Origin: a virus
Virus record (IMG/VR): IMGVR_UViG_3300028393_001967
DNA length: 64,000 bases
Strand: one strand, 5' to 3'
Made by a program: the position numbers and the translations under genes. The notes beneath the pieces were generated by a model, which saw nothing but the letters and a program-made list of their open reading frames with translations, made no database searches and was not told the origin of the DNA. This document shows positions 1-9,655 of the stretch, piece after piece. The first letter of the stretch is position 1. Every line of letters starts with the position of its first letter.

Positions 1-2106
1 GATTATCAAGATTCTATACTTATTTTTTCAACCAGCACAGTCAGTGGAACTAATACAGTTTCAGTTGGAACTGTCAAGGTAGCAGATTTTAACGGGTCTG
101 TTAATTTGCCATCTATATCATTTACTGGATCTAGTTCTTATTATATTGTAAATGATTTCTCCACAGTATATGATCTGTTAATTTCTACCAGTGGTAGTGT
201 TTATAATAAGGATCCTGATTTTACCAGCGGCTACACATTTACCATAGGACGCAATCTAACGCAAACAAACGGAACATTATGGAACGGCAGCAGCGGAAAC
301 ATCAATGTAACGGGTGTTATTTCGTGGTCCAATGGCACCTTTGTATTTATGGATGGTGAAAATAATGGGAGCGATTATATAACGTGTGCCAGTATCACCA
401 TCACTGCCCCTTATACAATTAATGTTGATCCCTACAACAATCTTACTGCAATACCTCGCTCTTCTTTGGCGGCTCAGGTAACTCTAAATACTGGTAAACC
501 CACTATAACGGGCACCCCAACAATTCTTAAAGGCAGGAAATTTGGATTTAAACTTAATGCAACTGCTGCCCTTAGTTCCATTGCTGACACCACTGGGCTA
601 TTTTCATATGTATTTAATGGTAGCGGAACTATAAACCCGTCCGGCATGGTAATGAGAGATGTTGATTTTTCTTATGCCTCGGGAGTAATAGCTTATACTG
701 CATCATATACCGTAAGGGGCTCTTTCTATGATTCCGGCAATAGCTATGCATCGGGGACCACCGTTGGCGGAACAATAACCTTGTTAGGTAGCGGCGGAAC
801 TCAATCAGATCCTGATTATATTGGTATGGGGTCTACAACTAGAAATAATGTAGTAATTAATGGATCATATTATTTTATTCAACAGTTGAGTTTTACAACT
901 GTTGGATATGTTCAATTCACTGGCGGTACAGTATATGTTGGCCGATTTTATTATGGCACTGTTGATGTCACTGCCCTTTATGTTACTATTGCTTCAGGTG
1001 TAACATTTAACCAAGGGTACGGAACACGTTTTACAGTTACTGGAAATAGCCAAACAGTTTTTGGTGCAAGCGCCGCTACTTTTACAGGATCAAACCTAAT
1101 AGGACTTACCTTGTCATCTGCTGCCACATCAGGCACTAGGACTATAGATTGCGGAAGCAATGGCTCATTTTTTGATGTTTTTTTAACTTATCCTGCCTCT
1201 GCACAGGCCAGAGATACAGTTTCTATTCCATCAGGAACAACATTTAATAGTTGGGATTCACAAGCACAAGACGGTACCCTTAGTATTCCTAGTATGAGTG
1301 TGGTGGGGAATTTTGCCAGTAGTAATAATGTCGGTGTAGTTTCAGGAACACTAACATTGGTAAATTCAGATCCGACTGCAACTAATTCTTGCCAACATAC
1401 CGGAGCAACATCACCTAATTTCAATGTAATACTCAATGGTCAAAATACTGTTACAGTTGGTCTTGTGGGAAATAATGGAACTACAGGAGGAACGTTGACT
1501 GTTAATTCAGGAACTTGTGTCCTTGGCAATATGTATATAAATGGTCTTACAGTTAATGCAGGCGCTACCCTGCAGTTGTATTATAACGCTATCACTTATA
1601 TTGCTAGTGGGTATAATGTATCTATTAGTTCCTTGGCTAGAGTAATCCCGTATGGTTCCGGCAGTGGAAAATTTTCAATGCAAGGAACCGGAGCTCACAC
1701 ATTTGCAGGCGGCAATCATACGTTTGACTCGTTAGAGTTAGGAGGAACCGGAGCTGTTACTATAACTGGCAATAATACATTTAATACAATTTCTAATTCT
1801 AATATACCCTGCACCTTGTATTTGACCGCAGGGTCAACCACAACAATGACTACATTCTATATTCAAGGAACTTCCAGCCTTAGGAGCACCGTGGCAGCAA
1901 CTTCCACTGCTGGTGCTACTATTAAAAAACCAACTAGATGGAGTGTTGGATTAAACAGCTCACTTGTAAGAACTTCTGGATTATACGCTGAATCAAATGC
2001 TACCTACCCTGCTACTAATTATATAAATTTTTCTGATTTAACCGCTTTAGTCGTTGCCAGTGCATTAAGTTCACTGGGTGCATCTGCATTTTTAAATTTC
2101 TTCTAA
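1..2106 (+). CDS. Tail fibre/adhesin-like protein, beta-rich and low-complexity (5' truncated)
   Basis: Frame 1 is open from base 1 (DYQDSILIF...), so the TTG at 106 is not the true start; G/S/T/N-rich beta-solenoid-like sequence. Confidence 0.6.
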   Translation, partial: DYQDSILIFSTSTVSGTNTVSVGTVKVADFNGSVNLPSISFTGSSSYYIVNDFSTVYDLLISTSGSVYNKDPDFTSGYTFTIGRNLTQTNGTLWNGSSGNINVTGVISWSNGTFVFMDGENNGSDYITCASITITAPYTINVDPYNNLTAIPRSSLAAQVTLNTGKPTITGTPTILKGRKFGFKLNATAALSSIADTTGLFSYVFNGSGTINPSGMVMRDVDFSYASGVIAYTASYTVRGSFYDSGNSYASGTTVGGTITLLGSGGTQSDPDYIGMGSTTRNNVVINGSYYFIQQLSFTTVGYVQFTGGTVYVGRFYYGTVDVTALYVTIASGVTFNQGYGTRFTVTGNSQTVFGASAATFTGSNLIGLTLSSAATSGTRTIDCGSNGSFFDVFLTYPASAQARDTVSIPSGTTFNSWDSQAQDGTLSIPSMSVVGNFASSNNVGVVSGTLTLVNSDPTATNSCQHTGATSPNFNVILNGQNTVTVGLVGNNGTTGGTLTVNSGTCVLGNMYINGLTVNAGATLQLYYNAITYIASGYNVSISSLARVIPYGSGSGKFSMQGTGAHTFAGGNHTFDSLELGGTGAVTITGNNTFNTISNSNIPCTLYLTAGSTTTMTTFYIQGTSSLRSTVAATSTAGATIKKPTRWSVGLNSSLVRTSGLYAESNATYPATNYINFSDLTALVVASALSSLGASAFLNFF

Positions 2107-2140
2107 CAAGTATTGATATTTTTTGTATACTAAATATAGA

Positions 2141-2566
2141 ATGCGAGCAAAACAATTCATCACTGAAGGTAAAGATCTTAGTATAAAAGATCACGGCACA
2201 CATTTTACTGAAATGTTTAAAAAATTCTTGCCCATTGCAATGAAATATATTAAATTAAATTCTTTACCCAAAATGCATTTTGAGCCGCATATCAGTGATG
2301 TACATCAACCTACTTTTGGTATGTATGAAAATGGCAATCATGTGCTACACGTTGCACTACTTAATCGTCACCCTAATGATATATTAAGAACAGTTGCTCA
2401 CGAATTAGTACACTATAAACAAGATACAGAACACGAATTAGGTGACGATAGCGGTACTACTGGTAGTCCTCACGAAAATCAAGCACACGCTATTGCTGGT
2501 ATTGTAATGAGGCACTTTAACAAACAATACCCTGAATACTTAAATTCAAAACCAATTACAGAATAA
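2141..2566 (+). CDS. HEXXH zinc-metallopeptidase-like protein with capsid-targeting-like N-terminus
   Basis: VAHELVH motif; starts MRAKQFITE 4 nt after TAAATA (2131-2136). Confidence 0.6.
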   Translation: MRAKQFITEGKDLSIKDHGTHFTEMFKKFLPIAMKYIKLNSLPKMHFEPHISDVHQPTFGMYENGNHVLHVALLNRHPNDILRTVAHELVHYKQDTEHELGDDSGTTGSPHENQAHAIAGIVMRHFNKQYPEYLNSKPITE

Positions 2567-2575
2567 GGAAACTAA

Positions 2576-2911
2576 ATGTCTAATACATATAACTGGACTA
2601 TTGAACGAATAGAATATCAACCCACTGCTCACGGGCAAAATAAAGTTGCCAATATTTTACATTGGGTATACGCTGCAACTGATGAAACTGGTAATTTTAC
2701 TGCTAATTTATTTAATTCTACAGTTATAACATACGATCCAACATCAGTGTATATAGATTTTGATAATCTTACACACGATATTGTTGTTGGATGGTTAGAG
2801 GCAGCATTGGGCAGTGAAACTATTGCATCTTTTAAAACTCAATTAGATACCAAATTGGAAGAATTAGCGTCTCCCAAATCAGTAATCACTACTCCCCCTT
2901 GGAATGTTTAA
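2576..2911 (+). CDS. Small phage protein, probably tail-associated
   Basis: RBS AAGGA; typical YxWxI...HW...GWL...LG...PW pattern. Confidence 0.5.
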   Translation: MSNTYNWTIERIEYQPTAHGQNKVANILHWVYAATDETGNFTANLFNSTVITYDPTSVYIDFDNLTHDIVVGWLEAALGSETIASFKTQLDTKLEELASPKSVITTPPWNV

Positions 2912-2920
2912 GACTGGTTT

Positions 2921-3493
2921 ATGACAATAGTCTATATTCACGGTGCAAACGCCACAATAGACAGTTTTAATTATATCAGAGATCACTTGTCATATAAAGA
3001 TTATGCTATTAGTTACGACAGTGCTAATGGTTTTGAAAATAATCTGCAAGATATGTTAAAGCAACTTGAAAAATTTAAAGATATATTTTTTATTGCACAT
3101 AGTTTGGGCGGCATCTATTCACTGCATATTGCCAATGCTATTCCTGATCGTGTATTAGGAGCAGTAACGTTGAGTACACCTTATGGTGGTAGTGAAAGCG
3201 CCGACTACGCCAAATATTTTTTGCCGTTTAGTAGATTATTAAGGGATATAGGTCCCAGCAGTTGGCCTATTAGACAAGCTGATAATATTACAATACAGCA
3301 TCCTTGGTGTAATGTGGTAACTATCAAAGGATCTAGTCCTTGGATGACCGAACCTAATGATGGTATAGTAACCATACGAAGTCAAAAACACCACAGTGAA
3401 AATATGGAATTAATTGAAGTAGATTCTAATCATTACGAGGTGGTGATTAATGAACGTGTTGTTAATTTAATTAAAGAACGTTTGCCACAATAA
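2921..3493 (+). CDS. Alpha/beta hydrolase (esterase/lipase)
   Basis: IHG oxyanion motif, AHSLGG nucleophile elbow, NDGIV, C-terminal His. Confidence 0.85.
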   Translation: MTIVYIHGANATIDSFNYIRDHLSYKDYAISYDSANGFENNLQDMLKQLEKFKDIFFIAHSLGGIYSLHIANAIPDRVLGAVTLSTPYGGSESADYAKYFLPFSRLLRDIGPSSWPIRQADNITIQHPWCNVVTIKGSSPWMTEPNDGIVTIRSQKHHSENMELIEVDSNHYEVVINERVVNLIKERLPQ

Positions 3494-3495
3494 GA

Positions 3496-3517
3496 AAAGC
3501 CCCAGTTACGGGGCTTT
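3496..3517. terminator. Bidirectional intrinsic terminator between convergent genes
   Basis: AAAGCCCC-agttac-GGGGCTTT hairpin. Confidence 0.7.
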
Positions 3518-3576
3518 CCTATTTCTACAATATTATTATAAGGGCTATGCCCCGATATTCTAATTTATTTTAATAT

Positions 3577-3855
3577 TTACTTCTTACTAGATGCACTTGC
3601 ATTAACAAAACTATACATCTTTTCTGCTGTTTCTAGAACTTTATCAAGTCCTGGAAATTCTGGCATTGCTACAGATGTAACAATTTGACCAGTCTTCTCA
3701 TCACGAGTAGCGGTCATTTCCCATCCTTGAAATTTAGCATGGAAGTCTTCTTTTACCAAGTCTTTAGCCATTGCCAAGATGTCTGTTCTAATTTCGTAAC
3801 CATTTTTATTAAATTTAACTTCTGGTACTGACGGTGCTTTAAATGCGTTTGACAT
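3577..3855 (-). CDS. Hypothetical phage protein (MSNAFKAP...)
   Basis: RBS GGAG before ATG at 3855; TAAATA upstream on the minus strand. Confidence 0.7.
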   Translation of the reverse strand: MSNAFKAPSVPEVKFNKNGYEIRTDILAMAKDLVKEDFHAKFQGWEMTATRDEKTGQIVTSVAMPEFPGLDKVLETAEKMYSFVNASASSKK

Positions 3856-4030
3856 ATTATTCTCCTTGTGTGTAATGTCTGTGTATAAACAGCAACTAAT
3901 TTTGCTGTCTATGTATTTATTATACACAACTGACCTGTGTATAACAATCTTTACGAACGTTTTAACTTAAATTTTTCAGGATAATTTAACCGTTCCCATT
4001 CTTCGTCGGATACTGGCCACCATTGATTCA

Positions 4031-4165
4031 TTATATCCATCCCTTAAATTCTGACATCATAATTCTGTTAGCAGCGGCATGATCGCCTTGACGTGCAAAG
4101 TGTGCAGCAGCACGTACACGACCTATCTCACCTAAAAAATTAAAAATTGTCTTTATAACTTTCAT
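4031..4165 (-). CDS. Small hypothetical protein, 44 aa (MKVIKTIFNFLGEIGRVRAAAHFARQGDH...), absent from the ORF track
   Basis: Start overlaps the stop of 4162-4350 (ATGA coupling). Confidence 0.55.
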   Translation of the reverse strand: MKVIKTIFNFLGEIGRVRAAAHFARQGDHAAANRIMMSEFKGWI

Positions 4166-4350
4166 TTGAACCACCCAGCCATTGTGCGATTTAAATTTTT
4201 CTGTTCAAACTCTCGTGCTAGTCGATCAACATCGCAACTATCTTGTGGATTATTCTTGACAATGTATTCTTCTAATGCCGATCCGTAAGTTTGTGGCTTA
4301 CTAAAACTCTGAAACATCTTTTGGAAGTATTCAGCTAATTGGTTTAACAT
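4162..4350 (-). CDS. Small protein, weakly DUF3563-like
   Basis: RBS GGAG; LEEYI...DVDRLAREFE pattern. Confidence 0.45.
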   Translation of the reverse strand: MLNQLAEYFQKMFQSFSKPQTYGSALEEYIVKNNPQDSCDVDRLAREFEQKNLNRTMAGWFK

Positions 4351-4504
4351 ATTTTTCTCCTGTGTGTTAAATTGTGTATCAGTGCTTCTACTGATATAAT
4401 TATTTATACTAGTTTACCTGGCAGTGCAACATTTTGCAAGTCTTTATCTTTCCGTTTAGATATGTTACAATATACTAAATATTACAAATACAAAGGAAAC
4501 TGCT

Positions 4505-4804
4505 TTGAAACGTGTCACAAGAAGTTTATTAGAAGAACTTAATACCATATCGGAACGTAAAAACGGCGAGGCTATCGTTGAAGCCCGTGCCACACACGTA
4601 ATCAACAGTGCCATCAATTTACTAAATCTTATCAAAGAAAACTTCTCTCCAGAAGAAGCATACGAATTAGAACGTAGATTAGTCAACAGTATCCGAGGTG
4701 GTGATGCCAGTAAGTTTACCCGTAGTATACGCAGACTACGCGATAATAAAGAAACTGCTAAACATCTTAAAATCGTTGATGGCGACTTAAAAGACGACGA
4801 TTAG
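4505..4804 (+). CDS. Hypothetical late protein
   Basis: TAAATA, RBS AAAGGA and TTG start. Confidence 0.7.
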   Translation: MKRVTRSLLEELNTISERKNGEAIVEARATHVINSAINLLNLIKENFSPEEAYELERRLVNSIRGGDASKFTRSIRRLRDNKETAKHLKIVDGDLKDDD

Positions 4805-4886
4805 GCATAAATAATATTACAAAAACACTCTAGAGTAGAGTGAGACATACGATTAAAGGAGACATATTATGTCAGCAGGAATTACA
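4803..4886 (+). repeat. Copy 1 of an ~83-bp duplicated late promoter/5'UTR/start (copy 2 at 5433-5514)
   Basis: Near-identical aggcataaataatattacaaaa-cactc..-gagacatacgatta-aggaga-atattatgtcagcaggaattaca. Confidence 0.9.
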
Positions 4887-5387
4887 GCAGTACATCGCAA
4901 AGCCTATCCAGGCAGTTTCATCGGTCGTCAAATTGCATTCTACGCAGTTCGCCACGTCGATCTTAACGCAGGTAACGGGCCAGACCCAGTCTATGATAGC
5001 GAAAACTTCCGTTTAGCAATCCAGGCAATTCAAACTCAAGCAGAAATCTTATTCATTGGTAACCCAACGGTAAGTAACAGTTGGGCAAGTTTCATCGTCG
5101 GTATCGCACAAGATACAGCAAACGATGGTAACGACACAGTTGGTAATATCAAAGACAATCCAATGTCTGATACAATCCGAACTATTCTTCGTAGTATCCC
5201 ATCCTTGAATGACAACAACGATGCAGAATTTGATCGTCGTTGGTTGTTTGGTACAAATTTGGTAACAACTGGTAACTTCTTGAGCGACATCCAGCATGGC
5301 CTACAAGGTGGTACACTACCTGAGCCAGAAACTTTTGCTCCAGGAAGCGTTGAAGATCAGGAACTAAAACTAATCCAAAGTATGTAA
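4869..5387 (+). CDS. Putative virion structural/decoration protein (same N-terminus as 5497-5919)
   Basis: MSAGIT start, strong RBS, late promoter, own terminator. Confidence 0.55.
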   Translation: MSAGITAVHRKAYPGSFIGRQIAFYAVRHVDLNAGNGPDPVYDSENFRLAIQAIQTQAEILFIGNPTVSNSWASFIVGIAQDTANDGNDTVGNIKDNPMSDTIRTILRSIPSLNDNNDAEFDRRWLFGTNLVTTGNFLSDIQHGLQGGTLPEPETFAPGSVEDQELKLIQSM

Positions 5388-5401
5388 TATCGGAATGGTT
5401 T

Positions 5402-5427
5402 AAAAAGGGTCCTTTGGGGCCTTTTTT
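5402..5427 (+). terminator. Intrinsic terminator
   Basis: AAAAAGGGTCC-ttt-GGGGCCTTTTTT. Confidence 0.7.
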
Positions 5428-5432
5428 ACGAC

Positions 5433-5514
5433 AGGCATAAATAATATTACAAAACACTCCAGAGTGGGGTGAGACATACGATTAAGGAGATATATTATGT
5501 CAGCAGGAATTACA
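5433..5514 (+). repeat. Copy 2 of the duplicated late promoter/5'UTR/start
   Basis: Matches 4803-4886. Confidence 0.9.
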
Positions 5515-5919
5515 AGAAAAAACGGTACAGTATTGGCACCAAGTCAGCGTCCAAGTACACTAACATTCTTTCAAATTGACTTTGGTGTTGATTTGACAAC
5601 TAGCGTTGGTGTTGTTGATGGCGCTTTTGAGAAAGCAGTTCGCGCTTGCGAAAACTTTGCTACATTAGCAATGGTTGGCACATTAAACGCAACAGGCGGT
5701 ACAGGCCAAGGTCTACGTATTGCTATTGAAGATACTGGTACAGTGAGCGACACCGGCCAGCCAGCAACAAGCGGCTTGGGCATGGGTTCCGCTAGTGATA
5801 GCGTAACATACAGCAATACAGCAGATGCATTGAAAGCTGCTATCCGCGCTTTGGGACAACACGCTGGTGTTGATGACAAAGATCTACGCAGTGCAGACGT
5901 TACAGTATTCGCACTATAA
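5497..5919 (+). CDS. Putative virion structural/decoration protein
   Basis: MSAGIT start, same leader as 4869. Confidence 0.55.
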   Translation: MSAGITRKNGTVLAPSQRPSTLTFFQIDFGVDLTTSVGVVDGAFEKAVRACENFATLAMVGTLNATGGTGQGLRIAIEDTGTVSDTGQPATSGLGMGSASDSVTYSNTADALKAAIRALGQHAGVDDKDLRSADVTVFAL

Positions 5920-5940
5920 TCTTTAACAAGATTTAAGACT

Positions 5941-5967
5941 AAGGGAGTTTTTTAACTCCCTTTTCTT
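5941..5967 (+). terminator. Intrinsic terminator
   Basis: AAGGGAGTT-tttt-AACTCCCTT followed by T-rich tail. Confidence 0.75.
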
Positions 5968-5997
5968 ATGGCTATAAATACATTATATAGGTAGTTT

Positions 5998-6426
5998 ATG
6001 GACATAATTGAAATTCAGACTTTGGTCGACATCACTAACACGCGAGTAGTTAGACCCAATCAAGGTACTTCACTCGCATACGATCAAAATAGGAATTTTA
6101 TTACATTGATACAATGTATTGAAATCCGCAGTATTATTATCTATAACAATCCGCCCCTATGCAAACTAGTGGACATAACAGATTCGGAGTTTGGATCTGA
6201 CTATGAAGGCGAACATATGGTATGGTCATTTAGTTTTCAACCAGATCGTATAGGTGTATATAATATAGATAAGAAGAACCCATTAGGCGGGCTCATTGAA
6301 AATGTTGACGGTGTGCCAATTATTAAAAATCTAACGGAAACTATAAATATAGCAAAGGCCATATTCGATTGTAAGGATATTGCCTACAAGAACACAATCA
6401 TCAAGGCACATCTAGGCACAATTTAA
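5998..6426 (+). CDS. Hypothetical late protein
   Basis: Perfect T4-type late promoter TATAAATA at 5973-5980. Confidence 0.65.
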   Translation: MDIIEIQTLVDITNTRVVRPNQGTSLAYDQNRNFITLIQCIEIRSIIIYNNPPLCKLVDITDSEFGSDYEGEHMVWSFSFQPDRIGVYNIDKKNPLGGLIENVDGVPIIKNLTETINIAKAIFDCKDIAYKNTIIKAHLGTI

Positions 6427-6462
6427 TGCAATCCCGTACTACCCCAACTGAAGGAGAAAAAG

Positions 6463-6705
6463 ATGTCCACTGGACCAATAATTGATATTGAAAAAACAAA
6501 TTTAGAAGCGCACGTTGATTTGTGTGCCCAACGCTACGACAATTTAGACAAACGCCTTACCTCTATTGAAGGTAAATTTGCTGATCTTAAAAAGTTAATT
6601 GAATCTGGCCATAATAGTATGACTAAAGTTGTCATCGGTACTGCTGGTACTATTGTTACTGGTATTATAGGCTTAGTAGTTGTAGTCTTACAAAAAGCAC
6701 ACTGA
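6463..6705 (+). CDS. Small coiled-coil protein with C-terminal TM helix
   Basis: RBS AAGGAG; hydrophobic VVIGTAGTIVTGIIGLVVVVL. Confidence 0.6.
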   Translation: MSTGPIIDIEKTNLEAHVDLCAQRYDNLDKRLTSIEGKFADLKKLIESGHNSMTKVVIGTAGTIVTGIIGLVVVVLQKAH

Positions 6706-6706
6706 T

Positions 6707-7108
6707 ATGAGAATATTTGAATTGTTTGAGGGCACACCTCCTTTGGCGGCTGTAGTTCCTGGAGATAAGATAGGAGAAATACCCGCTGGTGGAAAAATTA
6801 GTGGAGATGTTCCTACACCCATTACGCAAGCGGGCCCAACAACTTCAAATACTCCCAAAACTAATCAACCTACTGGTTTTACTCCTGGATCAAAAGTAGT
6901 TACTCCACAACCTGGATCAAGTGCAGTGACTCCAACACCAGGACAAACAACATCTCCTAATCAAACTCCCAATCAGCCAACTGATCAAAATAACAGTGGC
7001 AACAATCAAAATTCCATGGCTGATATGACAAGTAAAATTGCAGCATTACAGGCCACTGTAAATATGATGAGGGGGCAATTAACTCCGCCTCCAGAGCCGC
7101 CAAACTAA
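6707..7108 (+). CDS. P/T/Q-rich protein with capsid-targeting-like N-terminus
   Basis: MRIFELFE start; low complexity. Confidence 0.6.
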   Translation: MRIFELFEGTPPLAAVVPGDKIGEIPAGGKISGDVPTPITQAGPTTSNTPKTNQPTGFTPGSKVVTPQPGSSAVTPTPGQTTSPNQTPNQPTDQNNSGNNQNSMADMTSKIAALQATVNMMRGQLTPPPEPPN

Positions 7109-7109
7109 T

Positions 7110-7319
7110 ATGAAAATACATCAGTTATTATCAGGAATTGGCATGACATTGACCAATGAAGAACAACACTTTATTGAGCATCACGAAGGCAATGTTAAAG
7201 TAAGCGGATTGGATGACCATGATCAATGGTTAGCTCAGAATCTTGTACGCAAAGGTGTGTACGCCATAAGTAAAGATAACAACACATTAATCTCCAAATT
7301 AGATGAAAACAATTCCTGA
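7110..7319 (+). CDS. Hypothetical protein
   Basis: Tightly packed operon ORF. Confidence 0.65.
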   Translation: MKIHQLLSGIGMTLTNEEQHFIEHHEGNVKVSGLDDHDQWLAQNLVRKGVYAISKDNNTLISKLDENNS

Positions 7320-7761
7320 AGAACTTTACGGCCAAATTAAAAAAGTCAGTGAGACAGTACGTCGTGACCTTTATAAAAAAGGCCTAGTAGTACCTATCAA
7401 AAACAATGACGGCACAATATCTATTGGTAGTTACTCTATTGTTAAAGAAGATGACGGTTCGTTTGCTATATTAGATTTTTCAGGTGAATCGTTAATACAA
7501 GGTATTAATTTGCCACAAACAGCAATACTGGTTACAAACAAACTAGCATTGGGCTTGTATAAAGATACTGAATTATTGGAAACAGATCGCCGTTATGGTT
7601 CTGCAGATTTTGAAGAACAAGTATATAAGAGAGCGATGAAACGTAAGACTAACGATGTTTTTTCCTTATATATTACCAAGTATGATGACGCCAGACTTAA
7701 GAAAACTGAGCATAAACGCACTATAATTCGAAGTTTTGAAAAACTTATTAAACTCGTATAA
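7303..7761 (+). CDS. Hypothetical protein
   Basis: Overlapping operon ORF. Confidence 0.65.
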   Translation: MKTIPEELYGQIKKVSETVRRDLYKKGLVVPIKNNDGTISIGSYSIVKEDDGSFAILDFSGESLIQGINLPQTAILVTNKLALGLYKDTELLETDRRYGSADFEEQVYKRAMKRKTNDVFSLYITKYDDARLKKTEHKRTIIRSFEKLIKLV

Positions 7762-7790
7762 ATAGTATTAACCAATTTTCTGGAACTCAT

Positions 7791-9272
7791 ATGAAAACAA
7801 CAGATTTCAACAAAAAGATCACTAGTGCACATCTAGCTGAAAACCTAGAGAAGCAATTTAGTAGTCGTGTTAACTTGACCAAGTATAACCGTGAACAGTT
7901 GGAAGATATTCGTAACAAGTTACGTACTCGTATTTTTCAGCAGGAGGGCACTGCCAAATTCAATGAGTTGCTGACCAACGAGACATATCAAAAAGACAAG
8001 GCAATGTTAGAATTGCTAAACACAAGGATTAAAGAAATGCTAGGCGAACAAATGCAAAAACTACGTGACAAAATGTCACAACTAAGCGAAGCCAAAAAGG
8101 CCAAACCAGACTTTTTAGACTTAGACAAAGATGGCAATAAGAAAGAGACAATGAAAAAGGCTGCTAAAGATGCCAAAGTTAAAGAAGCCATCAAGAAAGA
8201 CAAGAAAGAACTTGAAGGTAATGCTTTTGGTAAAGCAGTTCAAGATGCAAAAAAAGATGGCATTCAGCCTGGAGAAAAAATCAAAGTAGGTGGCAAAGAA
8301 TATCCAGTTAAGGAAGCCAACTTTGACGGCGATCGTGCAGGTGATCAGGATACCGCCAGTAAGTTCAACAAAAAGAAAATCACTACTGGTACAGTGCATA
8401 CCAAAAAAAGCAAGGAGTTTGATAAAGACTCTGGCGACAACAGCAAGGGCGATACTAGCCACCTGCAAGGTATGTTGGGAGGTGCTCCTACAACGCCAAC
8501 CAAGGGTCGTGTGCACAAAATGAAAGAAGGCATGAAGCATCCTAAAGATTGCGATTGCAAAGAATGCATGATGCAAGAAGGTGATTTCAATAAATTAGAA
8601 AAGAAGTTAAGTCATCAAAAGGGTGTTACTAATCCAGCTGGTTTAGCTGCAAAAATTGGTCGTGACAAATACGGCAAAGCAGGAATGGAAAAGAAAGCTG
8701 CTGCTGGTAGAAAGAAAACCAACGAAAGCCAATACAAACACAATGTTAAGTTTGTAAATGAAAGTTTACAGTTCTTGTTGATGGAAGATGAAGAAGGCAA
8801 AGCACAAGCTATTACTGCTGCTGGTGATATGGTTAATGACTTTACAGGTTGGATGCAACGTGTTGGTCAATACCAAACTAAGGCCATTATTGAATTGAGT
8901 GATCAAATTAAATCAGAGTTTGGTCAAGCTGAAGCCGAAGCATTTAAACAATCAGTTGGCCCGGCATTGAGTTCTACATTAGAAGTATTGACACAACAAC
9001 GTGAAGCAATTAGTAATGCTGTTGCCCAACTAGCAGGCGGCGCTGCTCCAGAGACCCCAATGGGTATGGAACCAGAAATGCCAGCAGAGCCAGGTATGGA
9101 TGCTGCTATGCCAGATGAAATGAATCCCCCCGCTGGAGATGAGTTTGGTGCTAGCGATGCTGCTGCCGGCGGTGATATGACTTCTGGTCGTGAAATGCGC
9201 GAAAGTCGTCAACAAAGCCGTGCACGTAAGTTGGCTGAGTCACACAGCATCATGTCAAAGTTGGCTAGATGA
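7791..9272 (+). CDS. Putative prohead core/scaffold-like protein
   Basis: Highly charged and helical, many candidate Glu cleavage sites (VKE-A, MKE-G, TNE-S), TAAATA upstream. Confidence 0.5.
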   Translation: MKTTDFNKKITSAHLAENLEKQFSSRVNLTKYNREQLEDIRNKLRTRIFQQEGTAKFNELLTNETYQKDKAMLELLNTRIKEMLGEQMQKLRDKMSQLSEAKKAKPDFLDLDKDGNKKETMKKAAKDAKVKEAIKKDKKELEGNAFGKAVQDAKKDGIQPGEKIKVGGKEYPVKEANFDGDRAGDQDTASKFNKKKITTGTVHTKKSKEFDKDSGDNSKGDTSHLQGMLGGAPTTPTKGRVHKMKEGMKHPKDCDCKECMMQEGDFNKLEKKLSHQKGVTNPAGLAAKIGRDKYGKAGMEKKAAAGRKKTNESQYKHNVKFVNESLQFLLMEDEEGKAQAITAAGDMVNDFTGWMQRVGQYQTKAIIELSDQIKSEFGQAEAEAFKQSVGPALSSTLEVLTQQREAISNAVAQLAGGAAPETPMGMEPEMPAEPGMDAAMPDEMNPPAGDEFGASDAAAGGDMTSGREMRESRQQSRARKLAESHSIMSKLAR

Positions 9273-9619
9273 GACTATTTGAAGTAGATCAAGGCGGCGC
9301 CAGGGAAGTCATGGCTGTACTACAGGGGCTTGCTAATAAGCCTGGACAAGAACAGGCTAGTGATTTACCTTGGCCAGTTGTCAAAGGCATACTAGATAAA
9401 TTTGCTTTGGGAATAAGTACACCTGATGGATTGATTGCACTTAAAAATGAAATTGATCCACAGGGCGATGTTATCAAAGATATCGATAGTGAAACTGGCG
9501 CAGTTACTTTGAATACCAGACTTCAAAATCACAACGATCAACAAGATAGTGACAAAAAAGGCCCAGCACCTAGTGTGGCAAAAATGGCCAGTCATAACGC
9601 CAAAAACGCATTCAAATAA
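9269..9619 (+). CDS. Hypothetical protein (MRLFE start)
   Basis: ATGA coupling with upstream gene. Confidence 0.65.
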   Translation: MRLFEVDQGGAREVMAVLQGLANKPGQEQASDLPWPVVKGILDKFALGISTPDGLIALKNEIDPQGDVIKDIDSETGAVTLNTRLQNHNDQQDSDKKGPAPSVAKMASHNAKNAFK

Positions 9620-9655
9620 TAGACGGAGTCTGTCATATATGTTATAATTAACTAT

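Noticed and set aside
3952-4023. Possible 23-aa minus-strand ORF (MWPVSDEEWERLNYPEKF...)
   Set aside because: Too short to support without homology evidence.
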